Shown in pieces: positions 1 through 12,799 of a DNA stretch of 64,000 nt (position 1 is its first letter; every line of letters begins with the position of its first letter). The notes under the pieces are model-generated. The model was not told where the DNA came from, did not search any database, and worked only from the letters and a program-made list of their open reading frames with translations. This DNA comes from Eledone cirrhosa (lineage: Eukaryota): positions 281,108,001-281,172,000 of the forward strand of contig OZ024740.1 of NCBI GenBank assembly GCA_964016885.1, given 5' to 3'. A program made the position numbers and the translations under genes.

Positions 1-8
1 TAGATAAA

Positions 9-39
<31 letters not shown>

Positions 40-49
40 TACACACCCA

Positions 50-120
<71 letters not shown>

Positions 121-129
121 GTGTGTGTG

Positions 130-490
130 TTTTATCTATCTATTATCTTTTTTCTCCTCTCTTTCCTCCTTGTCACTAGCTAAATTGGTATCCTATTTTT
201 TGTATTCTAGACATGTTTATAGGTGTCTTATAACTTTTGATCGTGTGTATCTTTATATTGCCCCGAGTCATTAATGTGTGTGGTTGTTATCATTCCATTC
301 ATGCCTTCTATCTAATTTTGATCGGAGTTTTAAGTTTGAGGCCTCAGAACACTTGCCTTCGTTATTACTATCATTGTTAAACTAATGTCTTATATATCAG
401 ACTCTGTACCTAAAGGATTGATTCAGCGAAACACGGAACCTACCTCCTGATGTCACTATATAGACCCTAACAAGAAAGGTAGACCATATT
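130..490. mobile_element. Inverted fragment of a Penelope-like element (same family as 19631-21390)
   Basis: Minus strand 271-360 translates EASNLKLRSKLDRRHEWNDNNHTH*, matching the ORF end EATNINKLQPILNRKHEWNSN near 21020-21080. Plus 370-441 resembles 19830-19895. Confidence 0.6.
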
Positions 491-493
491 GAA

Positions 494-689
<196 letters not shown>

Positions 690-692
690 CGA

Positions 693-1515
693 AGCACACG
701 AAGACGAACATTCCTTTTAACCTAGCAAGAAGAATTTGCACAATTGTCTCCAATTATGAAACGCGAAATAAAAGACTTCAAGAATTAAAGGAAATTCTAC
801 TCGAGAGAGAGTACCCACTATTACTAATAAATAATGGAATAGAAAGGGCTAAAGCAATAGGCATTGATGAATTACGGAAACAGAAAAAGATTCAAGTACG
901 TCCAATATTCTATCATATATCTCAACACACAACCCAAGAAATGCAGAAGCTTACAACACTATTCACAATAACATCCCACTACTAAAACAAAACCCAAGAA
1001 TGAAAAAAGCCCTTGAAACACACAAAATAATCAAAAGCAAAAGACAACCAAAATCACTGAAAACATTACTCACCAATGCCAAATTACCTACCACAAACCC
1101 ACAACCAAGTATCAAAAAATGTGGTCGCTCTAATTGTGGAACCTGCACTCACTTCATTAAATGCAACACGTATACATTTAAATCAGGACAAAATTTTACT
1201 GTAAAAAATCACTTCACTTGCTCATCAAAAAATCTAATTCATGCCATTAAATATAAAGGATGCAATGAAGATTATATAGGACAAACTAAACTCACACTCA
1301 GAAACAGAATGACAATTCATCGCCAACAATTACGAGATCCAACCACGAGACAGATACCACTAAGTGCACATCTAGACATTTGCGCAAGTAATAAGACACC
1401 CAAATTCCAAGTCTTCCCATTTTACCTTTGCGCTAACAATACAACAGAACAAATGCGAATAAATAAGAAAAATATGTCTATTCAAAAATATAGACCAACA
1501 TTAAATATGGTTTAA
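693..1515 (+). pseudogene. PLE RT-thumb plus GIY-YIG endonuclease (frameshift near 900)
   Basis: CGRSNCGTC linker, TCSSKNLIHAI...YIGQT...RNRMTIH, C-terminal PTLN. Confidence 0.9.
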
Positions 1516-2173
1516 TATACATTATGTCAACACCATAATATGACATACACACACACACATAACACCTTCTGCTTTAGAAAATAAAAACCCGAACTAAATA
1601 AACCTTAACATACGTTTGCACTGACAATACAACAGCAAACACGAATAAGTAAGGAAAATATGTTCATTCAAAAATATTACTACTAAAGGAATCACTTTCC
1701 TACACACACACATACACACACACACAATATATATATATATATTCTCTTCATCTTAACATGCTAACCATACTCCCACACACATAACACCCATACACACACA
1801 TAACAACCCCCACACCCACAACTCCCTCCCCATTTCTACTAATAGAACCACTTTCCTACACACATATATATATATACACACACACAAAATATATATTCTC
1901 TCCATCTTAACATACTCGCACACACACACATAACACCCATATACACACTAATTTCTACTAATAGAACCACTTTCATCACACATATATATACACACACACA
2001 AAATATATATTCTCTCCATCTTAACATACTCGCACACACACACATAACACACATATACACACACACACAACTCCCTCCCCCATTTCTACTAATAGAATCA
2101 TCTTCCAATACACACATACACACACACACACACATACACACACACAAGCACACAAATAAACATACATATCTTC

Positions 2174-2776
2174 ACTTCAATAGAAAATCTGAACTCTGAC
2201 ACCCCAGCGAACTAACCATATTCACTGAACCAGAACAATTCTCCCAATCTCATTTCTCTTGACCACTATATTTCCATTGTCATAACATTCTCTATAAAGA
2301 CTACAGAATAGTTTTCCAAATAAGGGCGCAAAAATGTAATGAAAACTTGTTCACGTGACAGCCAAATTTCATTTATAACCAATCAAATCACGTTTATTAA
2401 AAAAGCCTTCGTGAGCCACCTTTTTTTTTAAGTAAAGAAATTCAAACACACACACACACACACACACGCACACACACACACAAGCACACAAACACACATA
2501 TCTTTACTTTCTTTATTCAATAGAAAATCTGAATTCTGACACCCCAGCGAACTAACCATATTCACTGAACCAGAACAATTCTCCCATCCCTTTCTCTTGA
2601 CCATTATCTTTCACTTATCAAAAAATTCTCTAAAAAGGCTACAGAATGGATTTCCAAATAAGGGCACAAAAATTTAATGAAAATTTGTTCACGTGACAGC
2701 CATAATTTCATTTATAACCAACCAAAAAAAAGCCTTCGTGAGCCTCCTTTTTCAAGTAAAAAGAAATTCAAACACT
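2174..2776 (+). repeat. Diverged ~340-bp tandem duplication in the PLE 3' region
   Basis: ttcaatagaaaatctgaa..gacaccccagcgaactaacc starts at ~2176 and again at ~2517. Confidence 0.9.
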
Positions 2777-2996
2777 CATATATAAAAAAAACAACCCGTG
2801 ACAACCCCCCCCCCCCCTCTTATTTGAAGAACTATTGTAACGCGAACTGGCGCGAAATTTATTATAATTATTGACAAACCAATCAAATTACTTCTCGAAA
2901 AACCTGGCATTTCGAGCCACTTTTTCCATATAAAACAAGTAACATTCAGAGACCAACCAGATGTGAGAAAAACCACAGACCCTCCATCTCAACTCA

Positions 2997-3034
2997 CCTT
3001 TTGAAAAGCAGAAGAACTGCGAAACCGGTAAAGG
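2997..3034 (+). ncRNA. Minimal type I hammerhead ribozyme, U3-A8 core variant
   Basis: CCTT-TTGAAAA-GCAG aagaa CTGC-GAAA-CCGG-TA-AAGG: perfect stems I and II and a palindromic stem III. Confidence 0.85.
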
Positions 3035-3193
3035 AACCAAATAAATATATATATTTAAAAAAAAAATAAGACTCCAGTTGCATTTTCGATTTCATCTCTT
3101 TTTCTTTATACTTTCACTCGTGTAGGACACCTCGGTTATTTTTCATTTTGTAAAAAAAACCTCACTTTCTAATATATATATATATATATATAT

Positions 3194-5521
3194 TAGGGTG
3201 TTCCAGAATCCCACATTTTACACAAAAGTGTTTTTATTTCTTAGCTCCCTATGCATTTTCTCATGCCATTTTTATATTATCAATTTATAATGTAATTTTG
3301 ATTATTTGAGACTAATTTAAGCCTTGTCTAATAGTTGCGAATCGGCGGAATAATGGCGGAAACCAGTGGGCCTAGTTGTAGCTACTCGCTCCGTTGTGAT
3401 GATCAAGAAATATGGCTCCTGGGGCAATATGTTACATCCTTTTCACCAAACCAAATGCCAACAAAGGGGGGATGTTCTAAGACATTTCTTCTACCTGAAA
3501 GATGGTCCTATGAAACACGAAAAGCATGTGAGCTTCAATGGTGCTATTGCGGATAGGCTTGTGATGGAAGTATTTAGTCAGTCGGAAAAAGCTGGTGTGG
3601 CGACTCAACGAAAAGACAAAGTGAAACTGAAAATTATGAACATGTAGAGTGAATACAGAACTCCTAAAGAATCCATTTCAAAGTCCAAAAATTTCTCTAA
3701 TGGCTGATCGTTTAAACCTGACACTGGGCCAGAGAACAGCATTTATGGCATCGATTATTTCTGAGGGTGGACTGACATAGACGCCACAACTGTCTCCAAG
3801 AATAGTAGCAGACGCGCAGCTAAGAAGATCAGAACTGTGGGGGCTGAACACATAAAGGAACAATTTGCTGTCCCAGACTTTGTTACCTTGCATTGGGATG
3901 GCAAAATAATTCATGGTGACGACGAGAGGCTAGGTGTGCTAGTTGCTGGAACTCCAGACTTCAGAGAAGGTAAACTCCTTGGTGTTCCCATAATTCCTGA
4001 TGGCACTGGAACCACCCAAGCCAAAGCATCATTTGACCTTGTTAAAGATTGGAATGTTGATGGGTCTGTGGTGGGCTTGGTCTTCGACACAACTGCTTCG
4101 AATTCTGGATGGAAAAATGGTGCCTGCGTGGAACTAGAAGAGTGGCTCAACAAAAAGGTGTTTTATTTTGCTTGTCGGCACCATGTCGTGGCGCGTATCT
4201 TGTGTGCAGTGTGGCAACAACTTTTCGGAGCCATGTCCAGTTCAGACACCCCAGAGTTCAAGGAGTTCAAAAAAGATTGGGTGTCACTCACGGACAAGAC
4301 CAACTTTAAAACATTGAACATTGTCGACTGGAGACTCAAGCATCTGTGTTCTGAGAACATCAAGTTCCTCCAAGATTTGCCGACATCCAACGATGGGAAA
4401 ATGAGTTCTCTTCCACGGGACGACTACCGAGAATGTGTTGAGTTGATGTTGATCTTGCTTGGTGTCACCCCTCCTCGTGGAATTCATTGGATGCTGCCTG
4501 GTGCACATCATAACGCTCGGTGTATGTCCACAATCATCTATAGTGCAAAGATGTATGCATTTGGTGAGCGACTCAATTACGATCAAGTTAAAATGGAAAA
4601 GTTGCGCCGAAATGTATGTTCAATGCTCTGTTCTACGTGCGATACTGGCTGACAGCAGTCAAGTGTGTTGATGCACCATCCAATGACCTTCAATTCTACG
4701 TGGAGTTGACACAGTAGAGTAAGGTTGACAGAGATCTCTCGCAGGCAGCCACTACTGCTCTGAGCAGGCATCTTTGGTACCGTACGGAGGAAGCCAATTC
4801 CGCTAGCGCTGTTTTCAAGTCGGTTCCAAGAGTCCGAGAAGAAACAAATAGCCCAACGTCTTGTCAAAACGAAAACGTCTGGGCCTCTCTACCGTGGTGC
4901 TCCAGTATTTCCCGAGTTGAAGTCGTCCACGAAGCTGCCTCATCTAGTTGGGAAGAAATCAAGGCTTCTGTTCGATCTCCTTGGTCTCGACGATACTTGG
5001 CTGGAGCTGTCACCTGCAACTTGGTCATCACAAGCGTCATATCAAAATGCCTGTGCTGTTGTTCACAATATCAAGGTAGTCAACGATCTGGCGGAGAGAG
5101 CAGTCAAGTTGATAACTGATTTTGTTGCCATCACCAAGAATGAGGGGGAGAAGCAGTGTGTCCTTCAAGTAGTCGAAGCTCATCGTCGCAAGGTCCCGGA
5201 TTTCAAAAAAGAAACTCTGAAAAATATAACTGGAGTTAACTTAACTGAACTTGTTTCTTCCTTATAAGCCTTTATATTGAAAGCTGGTTTACTAAATATA
5301 ATGGATTAATAAAATAAACCATTATTGTATGGTCATATTTGGTTTCACATTTTCATGATTTCAGGCAACGTAATCAGACTTTCCACTATAATCACCATGA
5401 TATAGACAAGACTCAAAATAATTTATTTTATACAAAATGTTTTATTTTACCAATTGGGGCATTTATAATGGGAAAATACACAGGGAGCGTTAGTAGTGTG
5501 ACCTTGCTTTTCATGGCACAC

Positions 5522-5525
<4 letters not shown>
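3194..5525 (+). mobile_element. hAT superfamily (hATm-type) DNA transposon, decayed
   Basis: Imperfect TIRs TAGGGTGTTCCA / TAGAGTGTGCCA, subterminal match gctccctatgcattttctcat / gctccctgtgtattttcccat, and flanking 8-mer ATATATAT on both sides. Confidence 0.85.
3353..5267 (+). pseudogene. hATm-like DDE transposase, interrupted by stops, frameshifts and a deletion
   Basis: Motifs LHWDGK, GKLLGVP, VFDTTASNSG..NGAC, FACRHH and VVNDLAERAVKL. Confidence 0.88.
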
Positions 5526-5575
<50 letters not shown>

Positions 5576-5577
<2 letters not shown>

Positions 5578-6423
5578 CCACAAAATCTTCAACCGCCACA
5601 CGGTGAAATTTTCCTTCTCCACGGCGCCGAGTATGGCCGACTACATGGCTAGAACTAACGCGGTGAAGATGGCGCACACTGGCCGTCAACCGCGCCAACA
5701 GAGTGACCATGTTTCGGAGCGCGGATAACCACCTAGGGACCTGCCTTCAAATGACAACCCGGCCTCCGAGGCGACCAGAGAGCCCGTCGAGGGCGATATG
5801 GTCCAACACAGAGAGGGAAATAGTGGCATGGGGGGGGGGCGACAAGTGTGGCAGCGGTGCAGCACACTGAGAACCTTGAGAGGGCCATTACAGATCAGGG
5901 TCCGGACATCGGACGCACAAGAATTGACATCAGAACTTGCAACTGTAGAGCGGGCACCCAGTGCCCCCTACAGGGAAAATACTTAATGAAGGACCTAGTA
6001 TACAAGTGTGTGGTTACGACCTAGAATGCGCATCGAACCTACATAGGCGCAACATCCACGACCTTTAAATCGCGGATGTATAATCACACGAATTCCTTCA
6101 GGGACCGTAGCAAAAGGCACTCCACTAGGTTAGCGCACCACGTGTGAGAGATGAAAGACCACGGCACCCCATACGCCCTGGAATGGAGTATCGTTCACCA
6201 CGTGCGTGCATATTCGGCCGGAAGTAGAAAGTGCCGACTGTGCCTACACGAGGCCATGGAGATAGTCAGACTGAAGGATGACGTCATAAACCTAAAGTCT
6301 GAAATTATCATGACATGCAGACACCAGAGAAGATGCACTTTTGCAGCTTGGAATCCGCCGAGAGACGCAGCCAGGGGGCACGAGAATGAGAACGTACAGG
6401 CCCGATTGGCCCTGCGGGATTAG
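5576..6423 (+). pseudogene. PLE C-terminal GIY-YIG endonuclease (CNC..CPL type) with stops
   Basis: YHKIFNRHTVKFSFST; CNCRAGTQCPLQGK..LVYKC..TYIGAT..FKSRMYNH..SF; WSI..CRLCLHE..N.KSEI...CRH. Confidence 0.88.
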
Positions 6424-7515
6424 GGGACCTGACGACATACCATGATGACGACGTCCGACCCGCGGGGCAATCATATGTAGACCGGGTGCGCACGTCACCG
6501 GGCACGCAACATTGGAAGATGTACTGCATGGGCCGGGACCGGATGACACGGGGCCCACTGCCGCCCGGACCTGTGCACTAAACGTTTAGAACAGCACACC
6601 CCAGACACGGTGCCATGCCCCATGGCGACCGCGGCGGGCGTCACATTGAATGTGTACACCGTCAATCGTGACTATATACTCTACACCTACTCCACTTTGG
6701 AAAAGTGATTGTTAATATTGTTATATCATTCTGACACGAGCCTGCATCTCATAATGCCTGTGTGTATTACGTCACATGGACGCACGCACCTTCTCATATA
6801 CCCCCCCCCCCCCCCCCGTTTATTTATTTATTTTTTTTCTCTTTTATTTTATTTTACCCGTTCCTTTATTTTACCCATTATTTTCCTGCACCTTTATGCA
6901 GTTACATACAGATTTAATGTACGCTATAATATTGTAAATTTATTTACATATTTTATTTTATTATCATATTGTGCTTATGTTCACGAGTTCTTTTTATGTG
7001 TGTGGGTATATGTGCGTGTGTGTGCGTGTGTAGATGCGTATGTATGTGTATATATATGTATGCGTGGGTGGGTATTGGGGTGTGGTATGGGCATGGGTGC
7101 GTGGGTGCACGAGCTTATGCGCGCATGTACGTGCAGACATGTGCACATATATATGCATATGCGGCAGAATGTGGGTGTATGTGTGTGTGGGGGTGTGTGT
7201 ATATGTGTGTCTATGTGTGAGCATATATGTGTATATATATATATATATATGTCTATATGTGTATGAGTAAGTACGTATAGCCACATATGAGTAGGTGTGT
7301 GTGTGTGCGGGCAGGTAAGTGTGTGTATATATATGTGTGGATGTGTATGGGTGTATATATGTTGTTGTGTGTGTGGGTGCAGGTGCATGCATTAACGGGC
7401 CTCTATATGTGTGTATATGTATTTGTGCTTACATGTATGTGTTTATGTGCATGTCTTGGGAATGTGTGCGGATGTTTATATATGGACTATATATTTTTTT
7501 TTTCATTATTATTAT

Positions 7516-7612
7516 TAACTTTGCCTTTCATCCTTACGGGGTCGATAAAATAAAGTACCAGTTATGTACTGGGTATTTGCTGGCCTTGTGCCAAAAGTAG
7601 AAGCAATTATTA
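7516..7612 (+). mobile_element. 3' part of a tRNA-derived SINE with Meta-like domain
   Basis: actttgcctttcatccttacggggtcgataaaataaagtaccag...ggccttgtgccaaaagtagaa, shared with other copies in the window. Confidence 0.8.
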
Positions 7613-7778
7613 TTCATGTAGTAGTATTTTATCACATACCCTCTATGCATACCCGTATATATGCGAATATGTACGCATGAGTCTGTGTACGTGTGCGTCT
7701 GTGTATGTGTGTGTATATATGTATACGTAGGTGCGTATGTGTATGTGTGTGTGTGTATATATATGTATAATAGGGGTA

Positions 7779-7825
<47 letters not shown>

Positions 7826-8198
7826 ATATATATACCGCATTGTATATTATATTTCATTGTTATATTTCATTCTTATGTTATTATACTGTTTTTTATTGCA
7901 TAATGTATTTTCAACTGTTCACTTACAGGTGTGTTTACATATGTACATGTATATGTGGTGGTACTTCTGTGTGGGTAGGCAGATGTGAATGCGTGCATGT
8001 GTATGCATGCGAAAGCATGTATGCGCACGCATGCATGCACACGCATGTATGCACACGCATGTGTAGATGTATGTAGTTCGGCCTATGCGTGGGTTTTTCT
8101 GTGTATATGTGTGGATATGCGTATGCATGTTAAGTTGTCCTTTTTTCTTTTTCTTTTTCTTTTGTGTGTATATATCTATATATATATACTTATATAAA

Positions 8199-8250
<52 letters not shown>

Positions 8251-8414
8251 GTGCGTGTGTAGGCAATGTTTATGTAAGTATGTGCTCGTATGTGTGTGTG
8301 GACGTGTGTGAGTTTACGTTTGTGTATATATGTGTGTGTATGTATCTATGTGTGTGTGTGTATATATATGTATATGTATACATATAGTTATGTAATGAAC
8401 AACATAGGATAGTT

Positions 8415-8476
8415 GTTTAATTTACCAGTGGTTTCTTGAAAGCAAACGATATTTACTTTCATTCATCAGAATGAAA
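8415..8476 (-). ncRNA. Type I hammerhead ribozyme motif (isolated PLE 3' end)
   Basis: tttcatt-CTGATGA-a TGAAAGTAAAT atc GTTTGCTTTCA a-GAAA-CCACTGG-TA-aattaaa. Confidence 0.7.
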
Positions 8477-8573
8477 AAATCCTAGGTATGTATGTATATC
8501 TGTGTATGCACATGTGCGTATATATGTATGTATTTGAACGCATGTGTGTATGTATATATGCGTGTGTATGAGC

Positions 8574-8679
<106 letters not shown>

Positions 8680-9227
8680 TTAAATGTATAGAAGGTTGGC
8701 CGTATGTGTGCGTGCGCGCAAATGTATGTATATATGTGTACGTTTGAATATGACATGCTTACCCAATTGATACAGAACAGTCACAAGGCTTGTGGCGGCA
8801 TGTATCAACAAGTGTGTGTGACTGGGCCCATGGGAGAGAGGGGGAGAGGGTGTGTGAGTATATATACTGCGATGTATGCATGTGGCAGTGTGGGTGTCTG
8901 AGCATGTAGACGTACGAGTGTGAATGCATAGATAGGTGTATGTCTGAGTATATATATGTGCGTGTTACTATGTGATTAATCTAGTATGTGTGGGTGCTTA
9001 CTCGGAAGTGTGAGCAGACGTGTGAGGTACTGAACCCAGCATGACTCCATTGAAATATGTCGGACGGAAAATAGTTGATGAACCGTGTGGCAGCAGAAAC
9101 TGACCTGAACTTCTGATGACGTGGAATTAAAACAGCCAATGGCATGACAAGAGTGGAAATAAGATTTTTTGGGGGGTTGTTTAGATAACAACACCCCAGT
9201 GATAAAATTTGCTCCGGACATAACAGA

Positions 9228-9318
9228 CGTGTCTGAAAGAACCCGCAGAAGTAGAATCAGCCAGATCCATACAAGGACCATGACTCGAGCTACATGCCGG
9301 CGAAACATTTGTAACACG
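9228..9318 (+). ncRNA. Type I hammerhead motif with long stem II
   Basis: CGTGT-CTGAAAGA-(imperfect ~60 nt stem-loop)-GAAA-CATTTG-TA-ACACG, then AATAAA; one extra A in the core. Confidence 0.65.
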
Positions 9319-9442
9319 AAATAAAAGATGCATCACTGATTTTTCGTTTTCTTGATAATATCTACACTCTACTCTCTACTCTGATGAATATCGAGTGCTA
9401 ATTTTGGCATACTGCCTACGGAAGCACCATAGCTACCACTAG

Positions 9443-9474
<32 letters not shown>

Positions 9475-9476
<2 letters not shown>

Positions 9477-9638
9477 TAGAAAGTGAGGTTTTTTTACAAA
9501 ATGAAAAATAACCGAGGTGTCCTACACGAGTGAAAGTATAAAGAAAAAAAGATGAAATCGAAAATGCAACTGGAGTCTTATAAAAAAAAAATATATATAT
9601 TTTTAAAAATAAGACTCCGGTTGCATTTTCGATTTCAT

Positions 9639-9642
<4 letters not shown>
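9475..9642. repeat. Mini foldback made of the 3' tail of the 687-3172 PLE family
   Basis: 9475-9580 is the reverse complement of ~3067-3174; 9608-9642 is an inverted copy of ~9546-9580. Confidence 0.9.
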
Positions 9643-9722
<80 letters not shown>

Positions 9723-9772
9723 ATATATATATATATATATACATGTATGTATATATATATATATATACATAT

Positions 9773-11640
9773 AAATTACACAATTATCAAAGTTATGTTC
9801 AAATCATTTAATTGCTGACAATCATTTCTTATAAACTTTCGTTTGGGGTCATCGGAGCATTATCAATGTCTGTACATATAATTAACCTCCTATTCAACTG
9901 AGCAATCATATAGATACATATATATTGAATTTGTGAGCAACAGTTTCGTATTTACAGGGTGTAATGGATGCGACATATATTATACGAGAATTGTACAAAA
10001 ATTAAAATTAAAATTAAAAGCACAGAGTGGAATACATGCGACAGATAATACAAGAGAATAGTCTAATAGTTAAAGAGGCATTGAGAAAGAATGAGGACAT
10101 TAGCAGTACATATGCAAGCGTGTAGAAAGTGCACATGCGTTAGTCGTATATATGAGAAGGAAATAAGCAAAGGTATTAGGCATATATAGATAAATAAATA
10201 AATACTGTATGGCAAGCAAATGTGTTAATGTATTACAAATTTATGGCGGATGTAATGTGATGATAGTGTTAAAATTTGAGTGTGTTGAGAAAATCAAAGT
10301 TATTGTAGTCTTTTCCATTACATATGTAAATTATATTTTAGTTAATGTTTATATTGAATGTTTTAAATTAGTTACAGCAATGAATTGTAAATTGGTCTTA
10401 TTGTATTCTTATTCATGTATTAGAGTTGTTCAACAGGTAGTTTTTCCAACGGTTTAATTTCCGGAAGTGAGTATGAGATCCAAGATTAAGTGTAGCTAAT
10501 GCGTAAGGGGAGGTAACTAGCTAATTAAATTAAATTAAAATATATAGGAATATCAATTATTTAAATTATTTAATATAATGCACGGTATATTGTGATACAA
10601 GTGAATCTCTATTACATAATGTTATATATTTATATATTTATATTTAATTTTAAATAGTTATTGTCGAGTATAAGGTTAGAGATAAATAGGAGTTGTGTAG
10701 AGGAAAGAGCTGATCAGAGAGTGTGTTGCTGTGGGGTCTGATACGTCCTAGAGGTGAAGTGTTAATGGTGGTGAGGAATTCAAATCTGACATTGTTATAT
10801 ACTAGCAGCTAGGTTTAAAGTTATGGAACGAGTATCGGTAGTGGTGCTGGCATGAGAAAAACACCTCTGATTTTCTATTTAGGAGGTCTAATTTCGAAAG
10901 GATTGTAGGAGACAATGTATTCGTTGGTTTATTCGATGTGGCCCTACCTACTACTTCCCATCGAAGTGTATATGGTCTATTTCTAGTTTTCAGAGAGTGT
11001 ATGTAGCTAGATAAAGAAGTGGAGTTGGCTAGATTGTGTTTTCTGAAAGAGTGGAGGTGCGAGTTGTATCTCGTCTTGAAGCAGTTCGAAGTAGAGCCAA
11101 TATATGTTGTAGAAGAGTTGGTTGCGTTGACCGTGCATGAGTAAATGATGTCTTTGATTAAGCAATTATTACCTAAGGGGTAAGTTCTATAAGTTCTACA
11201 GTTACATTTATTCTGGATGTGTGCTTGCCGGTTACTATGTTGTGTAGAATTCTGGTTGCTAGGGATAGCATTCCTATTGTTATTGATTTCATTAGTGCTA
11301 TTACCATTATTACTATTATTACTACTAGGATTTACAGGTACTAAGTTTACCTCCTGTTGTGTTTTAATTAGTTGTAAATAATTATTAATCTTCCTTTTAT
11401 TACTACTAGCTATATGGTACGCGATGTTAGGTGTGGTAGAGTAAGAGATTTTAATGGTATTTTTATTGATAAGATTATGGTATTTTTGGTATTTGTGGCT
11501 GGATGGGAAGTTCTTTCTAAGATTGAGAAGAAAGCCTTAGGCAAGTTGGTAGAGACGTGTAGATTGAAAGAGGGATTGAAGAATGTATTAGTTCTTCTTC
11601 TATTTTTGTTTTTTGGGTATTTGTATTCCTGTTTATAAGA
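9773..11640 (-). mobile_element. 5'-truncated Penelope-like element (GIY-YIG, 3' region, HHR)
   Basis: Minus strand reads CNCRTYRTYPLGNNCLIKDIIYSCTV..TYIGSTSNCFKTRYNSHLHSF; inverted relative of 12800-15787. Confidence 0.88.
9813..9859 (-). ncRNA. Degenerate type I hammerhead (CCGATGA core)
   Basis: TGCT-CCGATGA-ccccAAAC gaaa GTTTataa-GAAA-TGATTG-TC-AGCA. Confidence 0.6.
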
Positions 11641-11720
11641 TAGGGCAAATAGAGATGTAGTATGAATTGATATCTAATTGAATACATTTTTTATTTCTAT
11701 TCTCTTTAATACCCTTTAAC

Positions 11721-11752
<32 letters not shown>

Positions 11753-11809
11753 GCATATATATATATACATATATATATACATATATATATATATGTATAT
11801 ATATATATA

Positions 11810-12095
11810 ACTAAAAGTCTAAAGTCTGTCTTAAACCAGAAGGCTCATTTGGCCGGTGCTTATCCCGGTTTCATGGCGTGAACCGACTGAGAGTACAAGA
11901 CTCACTCCTGGACAGGACACCAGTCCGTCGCAGGGTTAAACCTCCAGCTATTGCTGGTACTCATTTTCAGCTGAGTATACTGGAGCAACGTGAAATGAAG
12001 TGATTTGCTCAAGAACACAACACACAGCCCAGGAATCGAACCCACGACACTATGGTCGGAAGTCCAACACTCTTACCACTAGGCCACGTGCCTCC
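11810..12095 (-). mobile_element. tRNA-derived SINE with CORE-like domain (octopus OR2-like by recollection)
   Basis: Head GGAGGCACGTGGCCTAGTGG (A box) ... GGTTCGATTCC (B box), then GTGTTCTTGAGCAAATCACTT...CAGCTGAAAATGAGTACC, similar to the CORE consensus. Confidence 0.8.
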
Positions 12096-12129
12096 ACACA
12101 CACACACACATATATATATATATGTATAT

Positions 12130-12167
<38 letters not shown>

Positions 12168-12168
12168 G

Positions 12169-12270
<102 letters not shown>

Positions 12271-12489
12271 TAAGTTATATTTAATTTGTTGGGATTCCAA
12301 CAAACCTAAAAGTTTATAACTGATATAAAGCACTCGACAGTTTACTGGAGTAAATATTCAATATATTAATAAATGGAAACTATATTTATAAAACCATAAT
12401 TATTTTATTATATATATTTCACGAACCACCTAATTGAATATTAGTCTTCGAATTCATTTATACCATGAACGTGGTTTTGTCTTTGCGTG

Positions 12490-12582
12490 ATATTTGCTCT
12501 ACGGTTCTTATATATTTGATATATATTTATCCTTATCGAGCCCTCTTTGGATTTTAGTCTTTAAATTTATTATTATTACTAT
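12490..12582 (+). repeat. Dispersed repeat terminus also found at ~52408-52502
   Basis: tatttgctcta..ttatatatttgatatatatttatccttatcgagccctctttggattttagtctt..aaatttattattattacta is near-identical at both sites, each abutting (TA)n. Confidence 0.85.
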
Positions 12583-12590
12583 ATATATAT

Positions 12591-12782
12591 AATAATTGTT
12601 TCTACTTTTGGCACAAGGCCAGTAATTATCCAGTGCATTACTGATACTTTATTTTATCGACTCCGTAAGGATGAAAGGCAAAGTAAACCTCGGCGGGATT
12701 TGAACTCAGAATGGCAAGGACCGTAACTCTATGCATCAAAGCATGACGTCCAACCTCTACCGATACTGCCAATCCACCGCCT
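12591..12782 (-). mobile_element. Near full-length tRNA-derived SINE, Meta-like domain
   Basis: GGCGGTGGATTGGCAGTATCGG (A box-like), GAGTTCAAATCC (B box), GCCTTTCATCCTTACGGAGTCGATAAAATAAAGTA and an ATT tail. Confidence 0.85.
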
Positions 12783-12799
12783 TTTTATATATATAATAA

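Noticed and set aside
6086-6150. In-frame TGA in the GIY-YIG region as possible selenocysteine, as in some Naiad PLEs
   Set aside because: It falls at a position normally Trp, the ORF also has TAG and other lesions, and the nuclease is C-terminal rather than N-terminal.
9112-9130. CTGATGA as an additional hammerhead core (also at 9381)
   Set aside because: No convincing stems or matching GAAA-stem III-UH found.
12030-12095. tRNA gene
   Set aside because: A and B boxes continue into a SINE body; no complete cloverleaf.
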